Under the pieces are notes generated by a model. That model saw only the letters and a program-made list of their open reading frames with translations, searched no databases and had not been told where the DNA came from. A stretch of DNA of 63,349 nt, counting the filler, from an uncultured bacterium (GTDB lineage Bacteria > CAYSBA01): NCBI GenBank assembly GCA_964429075.1. It is 22 parts of 22 records of this genome, joined end to end, with 100 filler letters (N's around TTAATTAATTAA, not from the genome) between each part and the next. Parts side by side here need not be neighbours in the genome. Positions count along the whole stretch, not along the records: positions 29,540 to 32,336 come from CAYSBA010000253.1; positions 32,437 to 35,217 come from CAYSBA010000254.1; positions 35,318 to 38,085 come from CAYSBA010000255.1; positions 38,186 to 40,942 come from CAYSBA010000256.1; positions 41,043 to 43,769 come from CAYSBA010000257.1; 17 more parts are not named here. One strand, 5' to 3'. Position numbers and translations under genes: made by a program. Shown here one piece after another: positions 29,618 through 41,060 of this stretch; positions within the stretch are counted from its first letter, which is position 1; every line of letters starts with the position of its first letter.

Positions 29618-31364
29618 CCCTATCCTCCTTTAAGATTCGGAATATTGTTCTTACATCAACACCAAGGTCCTTTGCAGTTTTTGTTCTGTTTCCATTGTTA
29701 AGCTCAAGTACCTCTTTTACATACTCTCTTGCAAATTCAGACTTGGCCTCTTTCAGAGGTTTTATCATACTGAGTTCACCTGGATCTTCTAATCCTAAAT
29801 CCTCAGGGGTGATTAGATCTGTTTCTGACAGTATAATTGCCTTATTGATCCGATTCTGTAGTTCTCTTACATTACCAGGCCAGCTATAATTCAAAAGTGC
29901 CCTCCTTGCCCCCTGAGTTAATCTTTTTTCTCCGGTAACAAGTTCTTTAGTGTACTTTTTAATGAAGTAGTTTGCCAGAAGCAATATATCCGCTCCCCTT
30001 TCTCTTAGAGATGGCATCTTGATATTTATAATATTGAGTCGATAGAAAAGATCTTCTCTAAACCTTCCTTCCTTTGTCTCTTTTTCTAAATCTTTGTTTG
30101 TTGCTGCTATTATACGAATATCTACCTTTATAGGCTCAGTTGCACCAACCGGCAGGACCTCCCTCTCCTGAATGACCCTAAGGAGCTTGACCTGAAGTTC
30201 AAGAGGGAGTTCAGCAATCTCATCTAAGAACACTGTACCACCATCTGCCATCTTAAACCTTCCTGGATTATCAAAATATGCACCTGTAAATGCCCCTTTC
30301 TTGTGACCAAACAGTTCACTCTCAAGTAGATTGTTAGGAATGGCTCCACAATTTACCGCAACAAAAGGACCATTCCTCCTCCTTGATCTTTTATGTAATT
30401 CCCTTGCAACCAACTCCTTACCTGTACCTGTCTCTCCCTCAATAAGTACTGTAACATCGGTATCAGACACCTTGTCAATTATCTGATAAATCCTTTTCAT
30501 TTTATGGCTCTGACCAAGGAGCTGCCCATACGTGACTGCATCAAAATCACTCTTTAAGCTTTCAAGCCTCTGCTCCAGGCCCTTCATAAATCTTGCATTC
30601 TCTACCATTAAGGCAGCAAAAGCTGCATATATCTCTGCCAGTCTTTTGTGTTCTTCAAGAAAGATACCCTTTTTCCCACTCGAACCAAGGTATAAAAGCC
30701 CAGATACTCTGTTGCCAAGCTGCATCGGTATTGCCATAACACTCCTTAACCTGAGTCTTAATACAGAATCTGTCTTGGAGATTTTTCTGTCGCTCTCAAC
30801 ATCTTCAAATATGATACTCCTTTTGCTCTTTATTACTAAATCAAGGATAGTATCAGAGTAAGGCTTTTTTTCTTCTTCTGATATCTTTTTATCCGGATAG
30901 ATAGAAACAATCTTGAAAACCCCGCCATCATCAAACACGAGCATACCCCTATCTGAGGATGTCAATTTAACAAGCTGGGTAACTATTCTATCAAAGAGTC
31001 TGTTTATACTCCTCTCGTTTATCAAATCTCTACAGAATTTATGGAGACTGTTGAAGGCATCGATTGCTATTTGATTATTCTCATTAGTTAGGTTAAGCCT
31101 GTCTAAATAGACGAATCTATTATTTCCTATTTCGATTATATCTCCTGAGTTGAGCTCTTTTTCAAGAAATTTTGAACCATTAAGTCTTATCTTTCCTCTG
31201 TTTTTTGTCCTGAGGATAACCCTGCCCCTGTCTGTATAGATATGCGCAAGTAGTGGATGAACACCTTCTATTTCAAGGTCGCAATCTTTGTCTGATCCTA
31301 TTGTAAAGATAGTCTGTGTTAACTCTATTAGCCTTGCCTCTTTCAGATCGATTAGATACCTCAT
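29610..31364 (-). CDS. FHA-GAF-sigma54 enhancer-binding protein (Fis HTH)
   Basis: GETGTGKE, ESELFGH.KGAFTGA, FLDEI, RFREDLFYRL, WPGNVREL, GNRTKTA..LGV. Confidence 0.95.
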   Translation of the reverse strand: MRYLIDLKEARLIELTQTIFTIGSDKDCDLEIEGVHPLLAHIYTDRGRVILRTKNRGKIRLNGSKFLEKELNSGDIIEIGNNRFVYLDRLNLTNENNQIAIDAFNSLHKFCRDLINERSINRLFDRIVTQLVKLTSSDRGMLVFDDGGVFKIVSIYPDKKISEEEKKPYSDTILDLVIKSKRSIIFEDVESDRKISKTDSVLRLRLRSVMAIPMQLGNRVSGLLYLGSSGKKGIFLEEHKRLAEIYAAFAALMVENARFMKGLEQRLESLKSDFDAVTYGQLLGQSHKMKRIYQIIDKVSDTDVTVLIEGETGTGKELVARELHKRSRRRNGPFVAVNCGAIPNNLLESELFGHKKGAFTGAYFDNPGRFKMADGGTVFLDEIAELPLELQVKLLRVIQEREVLPVGATEPIKVDIRIIAATNKDLEKETKEGRFREDLFYRLNIINIKMPSLRERGADILLLANYFIKKYTKELVTGEKRLTQGARRALLNYSWPGNVRELQNRINKAIILSETDLITPEDLGLEDPGELSMIKPLKEAKSEFAREYVKEVLELNNGNRTKTAKDLGVDVRTIFRILKEDRDA

Positions 31365-31369
31365 CCTTT

Positions 31370-32197
31370 TTAATCCAGTGGAAACCTTAAAGATATACCA
31401 AACCAGTAATTGGTTTTTCCCATCGATATCAGAGGTCTTGTTAACGTCCTTTCATGCCTGAAATTTAAAAGCCCATCAACGACTCCCCCAATATAGCTGG
31501 CGGTGAAGATTCCAAGGGAAATAAATTGAAGTTTTCTCAATAAAAGGGCGGTCCTATAGTCTTCTCGATAGAAATAACCATCAGGTGACCTGTATCTTTC
31601 TATCAAAAGAAAACTTAAAAGATTTACTGAAATAGCAATCAATTGAGAGCTCATAAATAAATAGGCCTTAAGGTGTTGATTGTTCTGAAATTGAGGTACA
31701 CCAAAAGGGAAAAAATTTAATAGAAAGATATTCTCCACAATCCTCTTTTCTATAACCACTTTTTGAACAATCTTTTTTTTTTTTTTTTTATTCTGTTTTG
31801 CCTTCCCTTTAGATCTACCAGACACGATTACACTCTCTTTTATTGATTTGAAAAAGTTTACCACCTTTGGGGGATAGAGGAAGGGATCGAGGTTAAAGGA
31901 TGGGTAATCAACGAGTATTTTTATGAATTCCTGTCTTGAGTCTTTTAGCCTTCCTACATAAAATAAAGAGATTGCATAAAGTTTTCTTGCCTTGAGGATA
32001 TCCTCTCTACCTGTAAGTCTCAATGGATAGAGTAGTTCCTTCAATATATCAACTGCATTCTTATAATTGCCATGTTCAAACTCTAAGGATGCCTGATCCA
32101 GAAGAGCGATAGGCCTGGACAATTCTTCTGAGGATAAATTTTCTGTAAAATAAAAGGCCAGAAACAGAGTAAAAGTTAATTGTAATACCTTTTTCAT
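31370..32197 (-). CDS. Secreted/membrane TPR-like protein
   Basis: Signal peptide MKKVLQL..., LDPFLYPP.VV.FF, NFFPFGVPQFQN, C-terminal hydrophobic segments. Confidence 0.65.
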   Translation of the reverse strand: MKKVLQLTFTLFLAFYFTENLSSEELSRPIALLDQASLEFEHGNYKNAVDILKELLYPLRLTGREDILKARKLYAISLFYVGRLKDSRQEFIKILVDYPSFNLDPFLYPPKVVNFFKSIKESVIVSGRSKGKAKQNKKKKKKIVQKVVIEKRIVENIFLLNFFPFGVPQFQNNQHLKAYLFMSSQLIAISVNLLSFLLIERYRSPDGYFYREDYRTALLLRKLQFISLGIFTASYIGGVVDGLLNFRHERTLTRPLISMGKTNYWFGISLRFPLD

Positions 32198-32271
32198 AAA
32201 CATTGTTACAATACTTCTCATACAAAAAGCTGTCAAGATCAATCCTTTAAAAATGCAGGGTAATGATAGTC

Positions 32272-32300
32272 TTGACAACACAGGACTGTTGTTTTATAAC
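32272..32300 (+). promoter_or_regulatory. sigma70 promoter of a tRNA gene
   Basis: TTGACA-17 nt-TATAAC. Confidence 0.65.
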
Positions 32301-32313
32301 TGATTACCCAATC

Positions 32314-32336
32314 GGGCGGATAGCTCAGTGGGAGAG
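32314..32336 (+). tRNA. tRNA 5' fragment (possibly tRNA-Val; anticodon not visible)
   Basis: GGGCGGATAGCTCAGTGGGAGAG = acceptor 5' strand plus D arm, downstream of a promoter, cut by the contig end. Confidence 0.7.
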
Positions 32337-32438
32337 NNNNNNNNNNNNNNNNNNNNNNNNNNNNNNNNNNNNNNNNNNNNTTAATTAATTAANNNNNNNN
32401 NNNNNNNNNNNNNNNNNNNNNNNNNNNNNNNNNNNNTC

Positions 32439-32639
32439 AATAAAAACAAGATGATGGTGGGTAAAAGGGTAAGGGTTCTTGTGGAAGGTCGCTCAAAAAG
32501 AGGTAATACTCTTTTTGGAAGAACTTCCTGTAACAGGGTGGTAAATTTTGAAGGTGGCACAGAACTTGTAGGTAAATTTGTGGAGATCGAGATAATAGAG
32601 GGTTTTCAGAATTCTTTATCAGGCAGGCTGGTTGGATAA
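32439..32639 (+). CDS. miaB: MiaB tRNA methylthiotransferase, C-terminal TRAM fragment
   Basis: VLVEG.SK....GRT..NRVVNF.G...G.FV.I.I......SL.G; followed by DUF151, a common neighbour. Confidence 0.75.
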   Translation, partial: NKNKMMVGKRVRVLVEGRSKRGNTLFGRTSCNRVVNFEGGTELVGKFVEIEIIEGFQNSLSGRLVG

Positions 32640-32664
32640 TTAAGATGTAATACTGGAGGCAATA

Positions 32665-33210
32665 ATGAGTAAGAAAAAAAAGAGAACAAGAAGAAAGAAG
32701 AAGGATGACGAAGAGATAGAAATGAGGGTCTACAGTATCCTTATTGATCCATTTACAAAATCACCTGTTGTGGTCCTGAAAGACAGTGAAGAGAAGAATA
32801 CGGTACCGATCTGGATAGGTATTATTGAGGCAAGCTCAATTGCTGCAAAGATGGAAGGGATTACAATCTCAAGACCATTGACACACGATCTTATAAAAAA
32901 TCTTCTTGATACATTTGACCTAAAACTGAAAAAGATTGTGATCTGCGATCTCAAAGACAATACCTACTATGCTACCCTCAATATCGAGCATGAAGGTAAA
33001 ATTGTAGAGATCGATTCGAGACCTTCAGATGCAATCGCTATCTCTCTACGAACAAATTCACCTATATACGTCAAAAAGAAGGTGATTGAGGCATCGAAAT
33101 CCAATTCCCTGGCAGAAAGAGAAAAGGAGATATCTGAGACAGATAAAGAGCAATGGTCAAAGATACTTGATGAGCTGGATCCTGAAGATTTTGGTAAATA
33201 TAAGATGTAA
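32665..33210 (+). CDS. Bifunctional nuclease family protein (DUF151)
   Basis: PIWIG..EA, RPLTHDL, DSRPSDAIA. Confidence 0.93.
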   Translation: MSKKKKRTRRKKKDDEEIEMRVYSILIDPFTKSPVVVLKDSEEKNTVPIWIGIIEASSIAAKMEGITISRPLTHDLIKNLLDTFDLKLKKIVICDLKDNTYYATLNIEHEGKIVEIDSRPSDAIAISLRTNSPIYVKKKVIEASKSNSLAEREKEISETDKEQWSKILDELDPEDFGKYKM

Positions 33211-33695
33211 TGAGACCACTTTTTATTGCAGATAGCGCTGTTGTTTTGGGGGGTGTAACCACAGGTAAGGATGTAAGTATCTGGTATAATGCTGTTTTGC
33301 GCGCTGATGTTGGATCTATAACTATTGGAGATTGCACAAATGTTCAGGATGGAGTAATAATTCATGCAACAGAAGACATCTCAATTGTAGAAATTGGTTC
33401 CTTTGTAACTATTGGGCATGGTGCAATCATACATGGTGCAAAAATTTTGGACAGGGTTTTGATAGGTATGGGTTCAATTATTATGGACAATGCCTTAATC
33501 CCTGAAGATTGTATTGTGGCGGCCGGTTCAATTGTCCCACCAAACAAGATTTTTAAACCCAGAAGCCTTATCATTGGGTCTCCTGCAAGGGTTAAAAGAG
33601 AGTTGACTAAAGAGGAGATTCGTAGGATAAAGGAGTCAGCACTGCACTATATTAAGCTTGCAAAAGCCCACTTGAATGGAGAATTTACAACATAA
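33210..33695 (+). CDS. Gamma carbonic anhydrase family protein
   Basis: Hexapeptide repeats, VLRAD, NVQDG.IIH, GHGAIIHG. Confidence 0.92.
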   Translation: MRPLFIADSAVVLGGVTTGKDVSIWYNAVLRADVGSITIGDCTNVQDGVIIHATEDISIVEIGSFVTIGHGAIIHGAKILDRVLIGMGSIIMDNALIPEDCIVAAGSIVPPNKIFKPRSLIIGSPARVKRELTKEEIRRIKESALHYIKLAKAHLNGEFTT

Positions 33696-35094
33696 ATGCG
33701 GAATCTTTGGTATCTTTGGCCATAAAGAGGCATCCACCCTGACCTATCTCGGCTTACATGCGCTTCAACACAGGGGCCAGGAATCTGCTGGCATTGTCTC
33801 ATCGGATGGCGAATTTCTGCACCATCACAGACAGATGGGTTATGTGGCCGATATATTTACAAAAGAGGTTCTTGGCAATCTGCCTGGAAATGCAGCAATT
33901 GGTCATGTCCGCTATTCTACCACAGGAGAAAGTACAATAGTTAATGCACAGCCCTTTGTTGTCGACTGTGTAAGAGGTGCAATTGCAATTGCTCACAATG
34001 GAAATCTTGTCGGTATTGAACAGACTCGTTCAGAACTTGAGTCGAAAGGAGCTATATTTCAGTCTACAATGGACACCGAGGTAATAGTTCATCTTATGGC
34101 AAGATCAAAAAAGGAGGGTATTGTATCTGCACTTGTTGATGCCCTCGCACATGTAACAGGTGCATATGCCCTGTTGATCCTTACACCCAAAGAGATGATA
34201 GCTGTAAGAGATCCATATGGGTTCAGACCACTAGTAATTGGCAGGCTCGGTGAATCCTGGGTTGTGGCCTCTGAGACCTGTGCCTTTGATCTTATCGGAG
34301 CGACTTTTTACAAAGAGGTTGAACCGGGAGAGGTAGTTGTATTCAGTGAAAGAGGCATGGAGATAATAAAGGCATTTGCCCCCCTTAGGGAATCGCTCTG
34401 TGTATTTGAGTTGATCTACTTTGCAAGGCCAGATTCACTTGTATTTGGGCAAAATGTATATGAGATAAGAAAAAGCTTTGGGAAGGTCCTTGGAAAGGAG
34501 AGCAGGGTTGATGCAGATCTCGTGATTCCAGTGCCAGATAGTGGTATACCGGCAGCAATCGGTTTTGCAGAGCAGACAGATATTGAATTCGATCTTGGTC
34601 TTATCAGGAATCACTATGTTGGTCGCACATTTATAGAACCAGAACAGTCTATAAGACACTTTGGCGTAAAGCTAAAATTAAATACCTTAAGGGATTTTTT
34701 AAAGAACAAAAGGGTTGTTGTAGTGGATGATTCCATTGTCAGGGGCACAACATCAAGAAAGATTGTAGAGATGCTAAGAAATGCTGGTGCAAAAGAGGTG
34801 CACTTTAGGATTAGCTCTCCTCCGGTAACCCATCCATGTTTCTATGGTATAGATATGCCCACAAAGGAGGAGTTGATTGCATCAAAATTTAAAGATGATA
34901 TTGCAAATAGTGTGGCAGATTATATAAAGGCAGATTCGCTCTCTTACCTTAGCCTTGAAGGTCTTTATAGTGTTGTTGGGTCAAAAAAAAGATTCTGCTA
35001 TGCTTGCTTTACTGGAGATTATCCTATAAAACCAAATGAGATCAGAAAATGGAAACAGCTAAAGATAAAAGGGCTGGGCAAATCATTTAAGTGA
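33676..35094 (+). CDS. purF: Amidophosphoribosyltransferase
   Basis: CGIFG, QHRGQES, GHVRYST, AHNGNL, VVVDDSIVRGTT, CFYGID. Confidence 0.98.
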   Translation: MENLQHKCGIFGIFGHKEASTLTYLGLHALQHRGQESAGIVSSDGEFLHHHRQMGYVADIFTKEVLGNLPGNAAIGHVRYSTTGESTIVNAQPFVVDCVRGAIAIAHNGNLVGIEQTRSELESKGAIFQSTMDTEVIVHLMARSKKEGIVSALVDALAHVTGAYALLILTPKEMIAVRDPYGFRPLVIGRLGESWVVASETCAFDLIGATFYKEVEPGEVVVFSERGMEIIKAFAPLRESLCVFELIYFARPDSLVFGQNVYEIRKSFGKVLGKESRVDADLVIPVPDSGIPAAIGFAEQTDIEFDLGLIRNHYVGRTFIEPEQSIRHFGVKLKLNTLRDFLKNKRVVVVDDSIVRGTTSRKIVEMLRNAGAKEVHFRISSPPVTHPCFYGIDMPTKEELIASKFKDDIANSVADYIKADSLSYLSLEGLYSVVGSKKRFCYACFTGDYPIKPNEIRKWKQLKIKGLGKSFK

Positions 35095-35217
35095 TAACTT
35101 TTTCTTGGTAATTTTACCTCTTGCTATATTTACAACTATCTTCTTTTCGATAGATTTATTTTTGTTTTTTAGGGTAAGTGTGTGTTTGCCTTCAGGTAAT
35201 CTTACTTTTATAAGAGG
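35083..35217 (-). CDS. PEGA-like domain, C-terminal fragment
   Basis: PLIKVRLPEGKHTLTLKN...V.I..G. Confidence 0.55.
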   Translation of the reverse strand, partial: PLIKVRLPEGKHTLTLKNKNKSIEKKIVVNIARGKITKKKLSLK

Positions 35218-35317
35218 NNNNNNNNNNNNNNNNNNNNNNNNNNNNNNNNNNNNNNNNNNNNTTAATTAATTAANNNNNNNNNNNNNNNNNNNNNNNNNNN
35301 NNNNNNNNNNNNNNNNN

Positions 35318-37098
35318 ATTGCAAGATCTGTAAAATTATCAGGATGTTTGTCTCTTGAGTTCTGTAATACCCTTATTCTGGTTTCAATTTTGATGGGTGA
35401 AAAGGGGATATTGGCATTTAGTACCCCATCAATTATATCAGTATCATACCTATCCTTAAGTAAAAACCTCAATCGTTCGCGAAGAAAATTCTCTGTATAT
35501 TCTTGCGTATCGTTTAAGAGTCCTGTTGCTTGATCTCCGAAGATATCGACAGCCTCTTCAATGATGGTAGAAAGATCAATATCCCATCCACTTTCTAAAA
35601 GGATTCGCAATATTCCAAGAGCAGAACGTCTAAGGCCAAAAGGATCACCGGAGCCCTTAGGTCTTTTATGTGCACCAGATATACCTACCAGAGTATCCAG
35701 CTTGTCTGCAACTGATAGGATTTTTGCAACATCTGTTTGTGGAAGACTATCTTCAGGCCCCTCAGGTCTGTAGTGATCTCTTATAGCTATTGCTATCTCA
35801 CTACCAAGACCGGATTCCAGGGCATAATAATAGCCAACTGTTCCCTGTAGCTCTGGGAATTCAAATACAAGCTCAGTGGCAAGGTCGCTTTTACACAAAA
35901 GGGCAGCCTTTTTCAGAACATCTTTTTCTTTTTCAGATAGATTTACAAACTCAGCAATCTTTGATGAGAGTCTCTCAATCCTCAGGGTCTTGTTGTAGAC
36001 AGAACCCAGCCTGGCTGTAAAAAGTAAACCCTTTGTCTTTTCTAAGAATTCACCAAGGCCCTTTTCTCTCTCCTGTTCATATATGAACTGAGCATCTTTT
36101 AACCTTGCCTCTACGACAGATTCATAACCTTTTTTTATATTTTCTTTACTTACAGGAGATGGGTTGTTGGAAAAGGCCAGGAATCTATTTGTAAGATTCC
36201 CCTCTTTTTCTGTAGGGATAAATCTCTGATGATGAATTAAAACGGTCTCAATCAATTCATGAGGCAGTGTTAGAAACTCCTCATTATAAGAACAGAGGAT
36301 GGCAATTGGATATTCCAGTAAAAAGGTAAGCTCTTCATGCAGGTCCTTATCGAGGAGTGCATTTAGTCCTTCTTTACTGCAGATTTCGTCACAGGATTTT
36401 CTTATTATATCTTTTCTTTTTTCATGATCGATAACTACTCCATGGTCTCTTAGGATCTCAAAGTAGGTTTTAACATCTCTTACATCTAATGGATCGAGTG
36501 AAACATGCCTGTTTATATAGGTAGATCCCTTTGAAACAATGTTTAAGTACTTAATATCAAAGGGTCCTTTATCTGAAACTGCCAAGATCCATCGAATTGG
36601 TCTTGCAAAGCTCTTCTTTGAATCATCCCAACGCATACTCTTTGGGAAAGAGAGAGAATCTAATATCTGTGGTATCATCTCTTTTATAATTTCAAGACTC
36701 TTTTTGCCACCTTTTGTCTTTTTAAAACATACCCTCTCTTGTTTGCCATCTGATTGCACAAAGATCTCTTTATCATCAATACCATTTTTCTTTAAAAACC
36801 CTACAAGTGCCTTTGTAACATTTCCACAGTCATCATAGGCGATACGTTTTGGCGGACCGTATACTACCTCTACCTTTTGGGGTGTGAGGGTAGCCAGTCC
36901 CTGTATAAAAATACAAAAACGCCTTGGAGTTGAGTATACTTCCAATTTTTCTGGCAGAAGATCGTGTTTTTGTAGGGTTTCTTTGATACTATCTTTGATA
37001 GAGTCTGCTGCACCTCTACAATAGCCTGCAGGGATCTCTTCAACACCTATTTCAACAACGACATCCACTGAAAGAAAGCCTTTTACAATTTGATTCAA
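35318..37098 (-). CDS. glyS: Glycine-tRNA ligase beta subunit (3' truncated)
   Basis: [38 protein letters not shown]. Confidence 0.96.
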
Positions 37099-37955
37099 TC
37101 CTGGTCATGTTTATCAATGCTTTCAATATACTTTTGGGCACATTTAACCGAGAGTGATCTTATCCTACCAATATACTCCTGCCGCTGGATAACACTGATT
37201 GCCGATCTTGCGTCGAGAAGATTGAACAGATGGGATACCTTGAGACAGTAATCAAAGGCCGGTATTACTAAAGAAAGCTTAAGAAGCCTCTCTGCCTCTT
37301 TTGAGAAATGCTCAAAGCTTTCAAAAAGCAGCTTTGTGTCCGCCTCATCAAAGTTATATATACTCTGCTGTCTCTCATTTTCGAGATAGATATCTTCATA
37401 TTTGAGATGATTATTCCACATGATATCAAAAACACTCTTTTTGTCTTGAATAAACATAGCTAATCTCTCCAACCCATAGGTTATCTCAGTACATACTGGA
37501 TCGAGGTCTATACCACCCATCTGTTGAAAGTAGGTAAACTGTGTTATCTCCATACCATCGAGCCACACCTCCCATCCGAGCCCCCAGGCACCGAGGGTTG
37601 GTGATTCCCAGTCATCCTCTACAAACCTTATATCATGTAAACCTATATCTATCCCTATAGCCCTTAGACTATCTAAGAACAGCCTTTGAGAATCATTGGG
37701 GGCTGGTTTTAGAATGACTTGCATTTGAAAATAGTGCTGAAGTCGGTTGGGATTCATGCCATAACGTCCATCTGTTGGTCTTCTGGAGGGCTCAACGTAA
37801 CAACAGCGCCAAGGATCTTTACCCAGGACCCTTAAAAAGGTATGTGGACTGAATGTCCCCGCGCCCTTTTCAATATCATACGGGAAAAGGATACAACAAT
37901 CTCTATCCTTCCAGTACTCCAAAAGCCGGAGTACCATTTCCTGGAAGTTAATCAT
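37095..37955 (-). CDS. glyQ: Glycine-tRNA ligase alpha subunit
   Basis: MINFQ start, [45 protein letters not shown]. Confidence 0.98.
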   Translation of the reverse strand: MINFQEMVLRLLEYWKDRDCCILFPYDIEKGAGTFSPHTFLRVLGKDPWRCCYVEPSRRPTDGRYGMNPNRLQHYFQMQVILKPAPNDSQRLFLDSLRAIGIDIGLHDIRFVEDDWESPTLGAWGLGWEVWLDGMEITQFTYFQQMGGIDLDPVCTEITYGLERLAMFIQDKKSVFDIMWNNHLKYEDIYLENERQQSIYNFDEADTKLLFESFEHFSKEAERLLKLSLVIPAFDYCLKVSHLFNLLDARSAISVIQRQEYIGRIRSLSVKCAQKYIESIDKHDQD

Positions 37956-38185
37956 GTGGCTGTTAGCTACCATTTAGGTAAAAATATGTCAACCAGTACA
38001 CTACACACTTCTACAGATTTTGAGTGGAAGTATGTTTGAAGAAATACCTATTTTATAGGCACTTACATAACAGGAATACAGATTANNNNNNNNNNNNNNN
38101 NNNNNNNNNNNNNNNNNNNNNNNNNNNNNTTAATTAATTAANNNNNNNNNNNNNNNNNNNNNNNNNNNNNNNNNNNNNNNNNNNN

Positions 38186-38692
38186 ACCTATACCATAAGT
38201 ACCGTAGTCAGAGAGTAAAAAGAAGTCACAAATGTTGATATTGTCCTCTAATCTCTTTAAAAGTATGTGTTGTACCTCTTTTGCTGGTGGCAGATCTGGT
38301 TCATAGTCCAGTCTGAGTACCTGTTGTTTAACTGTTCCTTCTGCACCTGCCATAAATCGTGTTTTTTTGGGTGTGACAAAATATTTATCTGTTACAATAT
38401 TTTCAGTATTAAGGCCCTCTTTTTTGAAGTAATCAATCAATCTTTTTGATGTCTCATCCATACCAACAATACCAAATAGAACAACATCCATCCCCATCCT
38501 CTTTGCATTCATAGCTACATTGGCTGCACCACCACATGCCCAGGTTTTTTCCTCAAATTTTAAAATTGGTACCGGTGCTTCTCTTGATATCCTGTATGTG
38601 GTCCCCCAGATGTATTCATCGAGCACAAAATCACCAATAATACCAGCTACAAGTCCTTTTATCGATTCTATTTTTTCCTTTTTTAACCTCAT
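38186..38692 (-). CDS. D-glycero-beta-D-manno-heptose-7-phosphate kinase (RfaE/HldE kinase domain), 3' truncated
   Basis: IGD.VLDEY.WG...RISREAPVP, GGAANVA, KTR...QQVLRLD, LSDYG. Confidence 0.85.
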
Positions 38693-38707
38693 AAGATCTC
38701 CGCTTTG

Positions 38708-40342
38708 TTATTTGAATGCACTTGTTACTGGAATCCTCCTGCCGAAGGAAAAGGATCTTCTTGTAACTTTGAGTCCCAGTGGTCCCTGTCGCCTTTTGTA
38801 TTCATTGGCATGAAGTCGAGAGATGATCAATTCTACTTTTTCAGGGCTACCAAGATCTTCTATGATCTGTTGTTTAGACTGTCCAAGATCTATGTATCTA
38901 AACAGGACATTGTCAAGGAATTCATAAGGTGGAAGAGTGTCACTATCTTTCTGATCGGGTCTCAATTCTGCAGATGGAGGTTTTTTGAAAATCTCATCTG
39001 GTATGTTTTTAGAGTAGTCTATTGATCTTGCTATTTTATATACATCGGTTTTGTACACATCTGAAAGGACTGAAATGCCTCCAACCATATCTCCATATAG
39101 TGTACAGTATCCCATAGACAGTTCAGATTTATTACCGGTGCTTAGTACTATATGCCCGTAGCGATTTGAAAAGGCCATTAGGATCATGCCTCTTATCCTC
39201 GCCTGAAGATTTTCTTCAGCAATTCCAAATGAACTTTTGCCAAAAATACTGTCAATGCTATCCTTTGTAATACTGTATATATCATTTATAGGAATCTTGA
39301 GTAGTTGAATTGAAAGATTGTTACAGAGTTTCTCAGCATCAGTTATACTTCCTTTTGAAGAGAACATGGATGGCATTGAGATTGCAGATATGTTTTCTCT
39401 GCCAAGAGCTTTTTGAGCAAGAAGTAATACCAATGAAGAATCGATTCCACCACTTACCCCGACCACTGCCTTAGAGAAGCCGCACTTTCTGAAATAGTCT
39501 TTTATGCCAAGGATTAGAGCCTCTCCCATCATACTTGAATCGTTATCTGATCTAATTTCAATACCATTTTTCTTAAATAGTTGTTCTATCTCAATTACCT
39601 TGTGTTCTTCTTTAAATGAGCTTAATCTGAAAGAGATGTTCCCGAATGAATTGGTGCAGAAGGATGAACCATCAAAAATAAGACTGTCATTTCCACCGAT
39701 TAGATTTAGAAATATAAGCGGTTTATTATAACTTCTTGATATTGAAGAAAACATCTTTTCTCGATACAGTGGTTTGCCTTTAAAATAGGGCGATGCAGAG
39801 ATATTTACAATAAGATCACAACCTTTATCGATAAGTTCTCTGATGGGATTCCTATCATAACTTTTAAAAGTATAGATTTCATCCATTGTCTGATCATTCC
39901 ATGCGTCTTCACACACAGAAAGACCAATTTTGTATTTACCAAGGTTCACTATGGTAACTTCATCCCCTGGTTCAAAGTACCTTGCCTCATCGAAAACATC
40001 ATAGGTGGGTAATAGAATCTTTTTATGGATGGCCAGTATCTTTTTGTTTTTAGCAGCAATACAACAGTTGTATAATTTTGTCTTTTCTTTAAGTACAGTT
40101 CCAAAGATTGCCACTATTTCTTCTGAACAATTTATAAATTGCTCTGTTGTTTCTATTGTTTTTTGAACAAAATCCTCCCTTGCGAGCAAATCCATAGGAG
40201 GGTAACCACATATTGTTAATTCCGGGAATATGGCAATCTGACATCCTTGTTCTTTTGCTTTTTTGAGACAGTCTTGCATAAGTTTTAGATTATGTGGCAT
40301 GTTACCAATATGAGTGTTAATCTGGCATAGCATGATTTTCAT
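38708..40342 (-). CDS. nadE: Glutamine-dependent NAD+ synthetase
   Basis: Nitrilase domain (FPEL, YDVFDE.RYF, CEDAW), SGGIDS, ENLQARIR, TGNKSE, PSAELRP. Confidence 0.96.
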   Translation of the reverse strand: MKIMLCQINTHIGNMPHNLKLMQDCLKKAKEQGCQIAIFPELTICGYPPMDLLAREDFVQKTIETTEQFINCSEEIVAIFGTVLKEKTKLYNCCIAAKNKKILAIHKKILLPTYDVFDEARYFEPGDEVTIVNLGKYKIGLSVCEDAWNDQTMDEIYTFKSYDRNPIRELIDKGCDLIVNISASPYFKGKPLYREKMFSSISRSYNKPLIFLNLIGGNDSLIFDGSSFCTNSFGNISFRLSSFKEEHKVIEIEQLFKKNGIEIRSDNDSSMMGEALILGIKDYFRKCGFSKAVVGVSGGIDSSLVLLLAQKALGRENISAISMPSMFSSKGSITDAEKLCNNLSIQLLKIPINDIYSITKDSIDSIFGKSSFGIAEENLQARIRGMILMAFSNRYGHIVLSTGNKSELSMGYCTLYGDMVGGISVLSDVYKTDVYKIARSIDYSKNIPDEIFKKPPSAELRPDQKDSDTLPPYEFLDNVLFRYIDLGQSKQQIIEDLGSPEKVELIISRLHANEYKRRQGPLGLKVTRRSFSFGRRIPVTSAFK

Positions 40343-40942
40343 TTGTCTACCTCAGCAGGCAAATTTATTACATTACCAAAATAGCCCTTGAGCCAGATAA
40401 GCTTTTTTAGGTAACTGTCTGTTTTTTTTAAATCATTTCTGCTTAAAATTGCAGCCAAATGTCGTAGATCAAGCTTCTTAAGCCTGGGGAAAAGTCTATT
40501 TTCTTTAATTGTTGAATAGAGGTAGTCTAAAAAGGATAGCATATTTCTGGGTAATCCATCTTTTTTGTTTATATAAAGATCGATCTTTTCGTAGTAGTGA
40601 TCTTTGCCATCCCAGCCAAGTCCGTCCTGTGCAAAGACACCCGTTGCCATTGTATTAAAAAGTCCATCAAATCCTGCAGGGTATGCCACCACCTTTACTG
40701 CATCGAGTCCTCTTTGTGTTAGATTCTTAAAACAGATTTGGCGCATAATATCGGGAATGACAATCCCAGGTGTTTCAACTGGTATATGGAGAAACATCTT
40801 TTCTATTCTTCTTGAGCCATTTGTAGTAAAGTAGAGCCGCTTTGATATATAGGACCTTCTTATGTACATTTTAGCATTATAAACTGCCTTTTCAACCCTC
40901 TTTGAACCAGGATTTACAGTCTCCATGAGTCTGTAATAAACC
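40339..40942 (-). CDS. Hypothetical protein (probably 5' truncated)
   Basis: 195-aa ORF overlapping the nadE start (ATGA); no recognised motif. Confidence 0.55.
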
Positions 40943-41060
40943 NNNNNNNNNNNNNNNNNNNNNNNNNNNNNNNNNNNNNNNNNNNNTTAATTAATTAANN
41001 NNNNNNNNNNNNNNNNNNNNNNNNNNNNNNNNNNNNNNNNNNGTTAATATCTTTATAATA

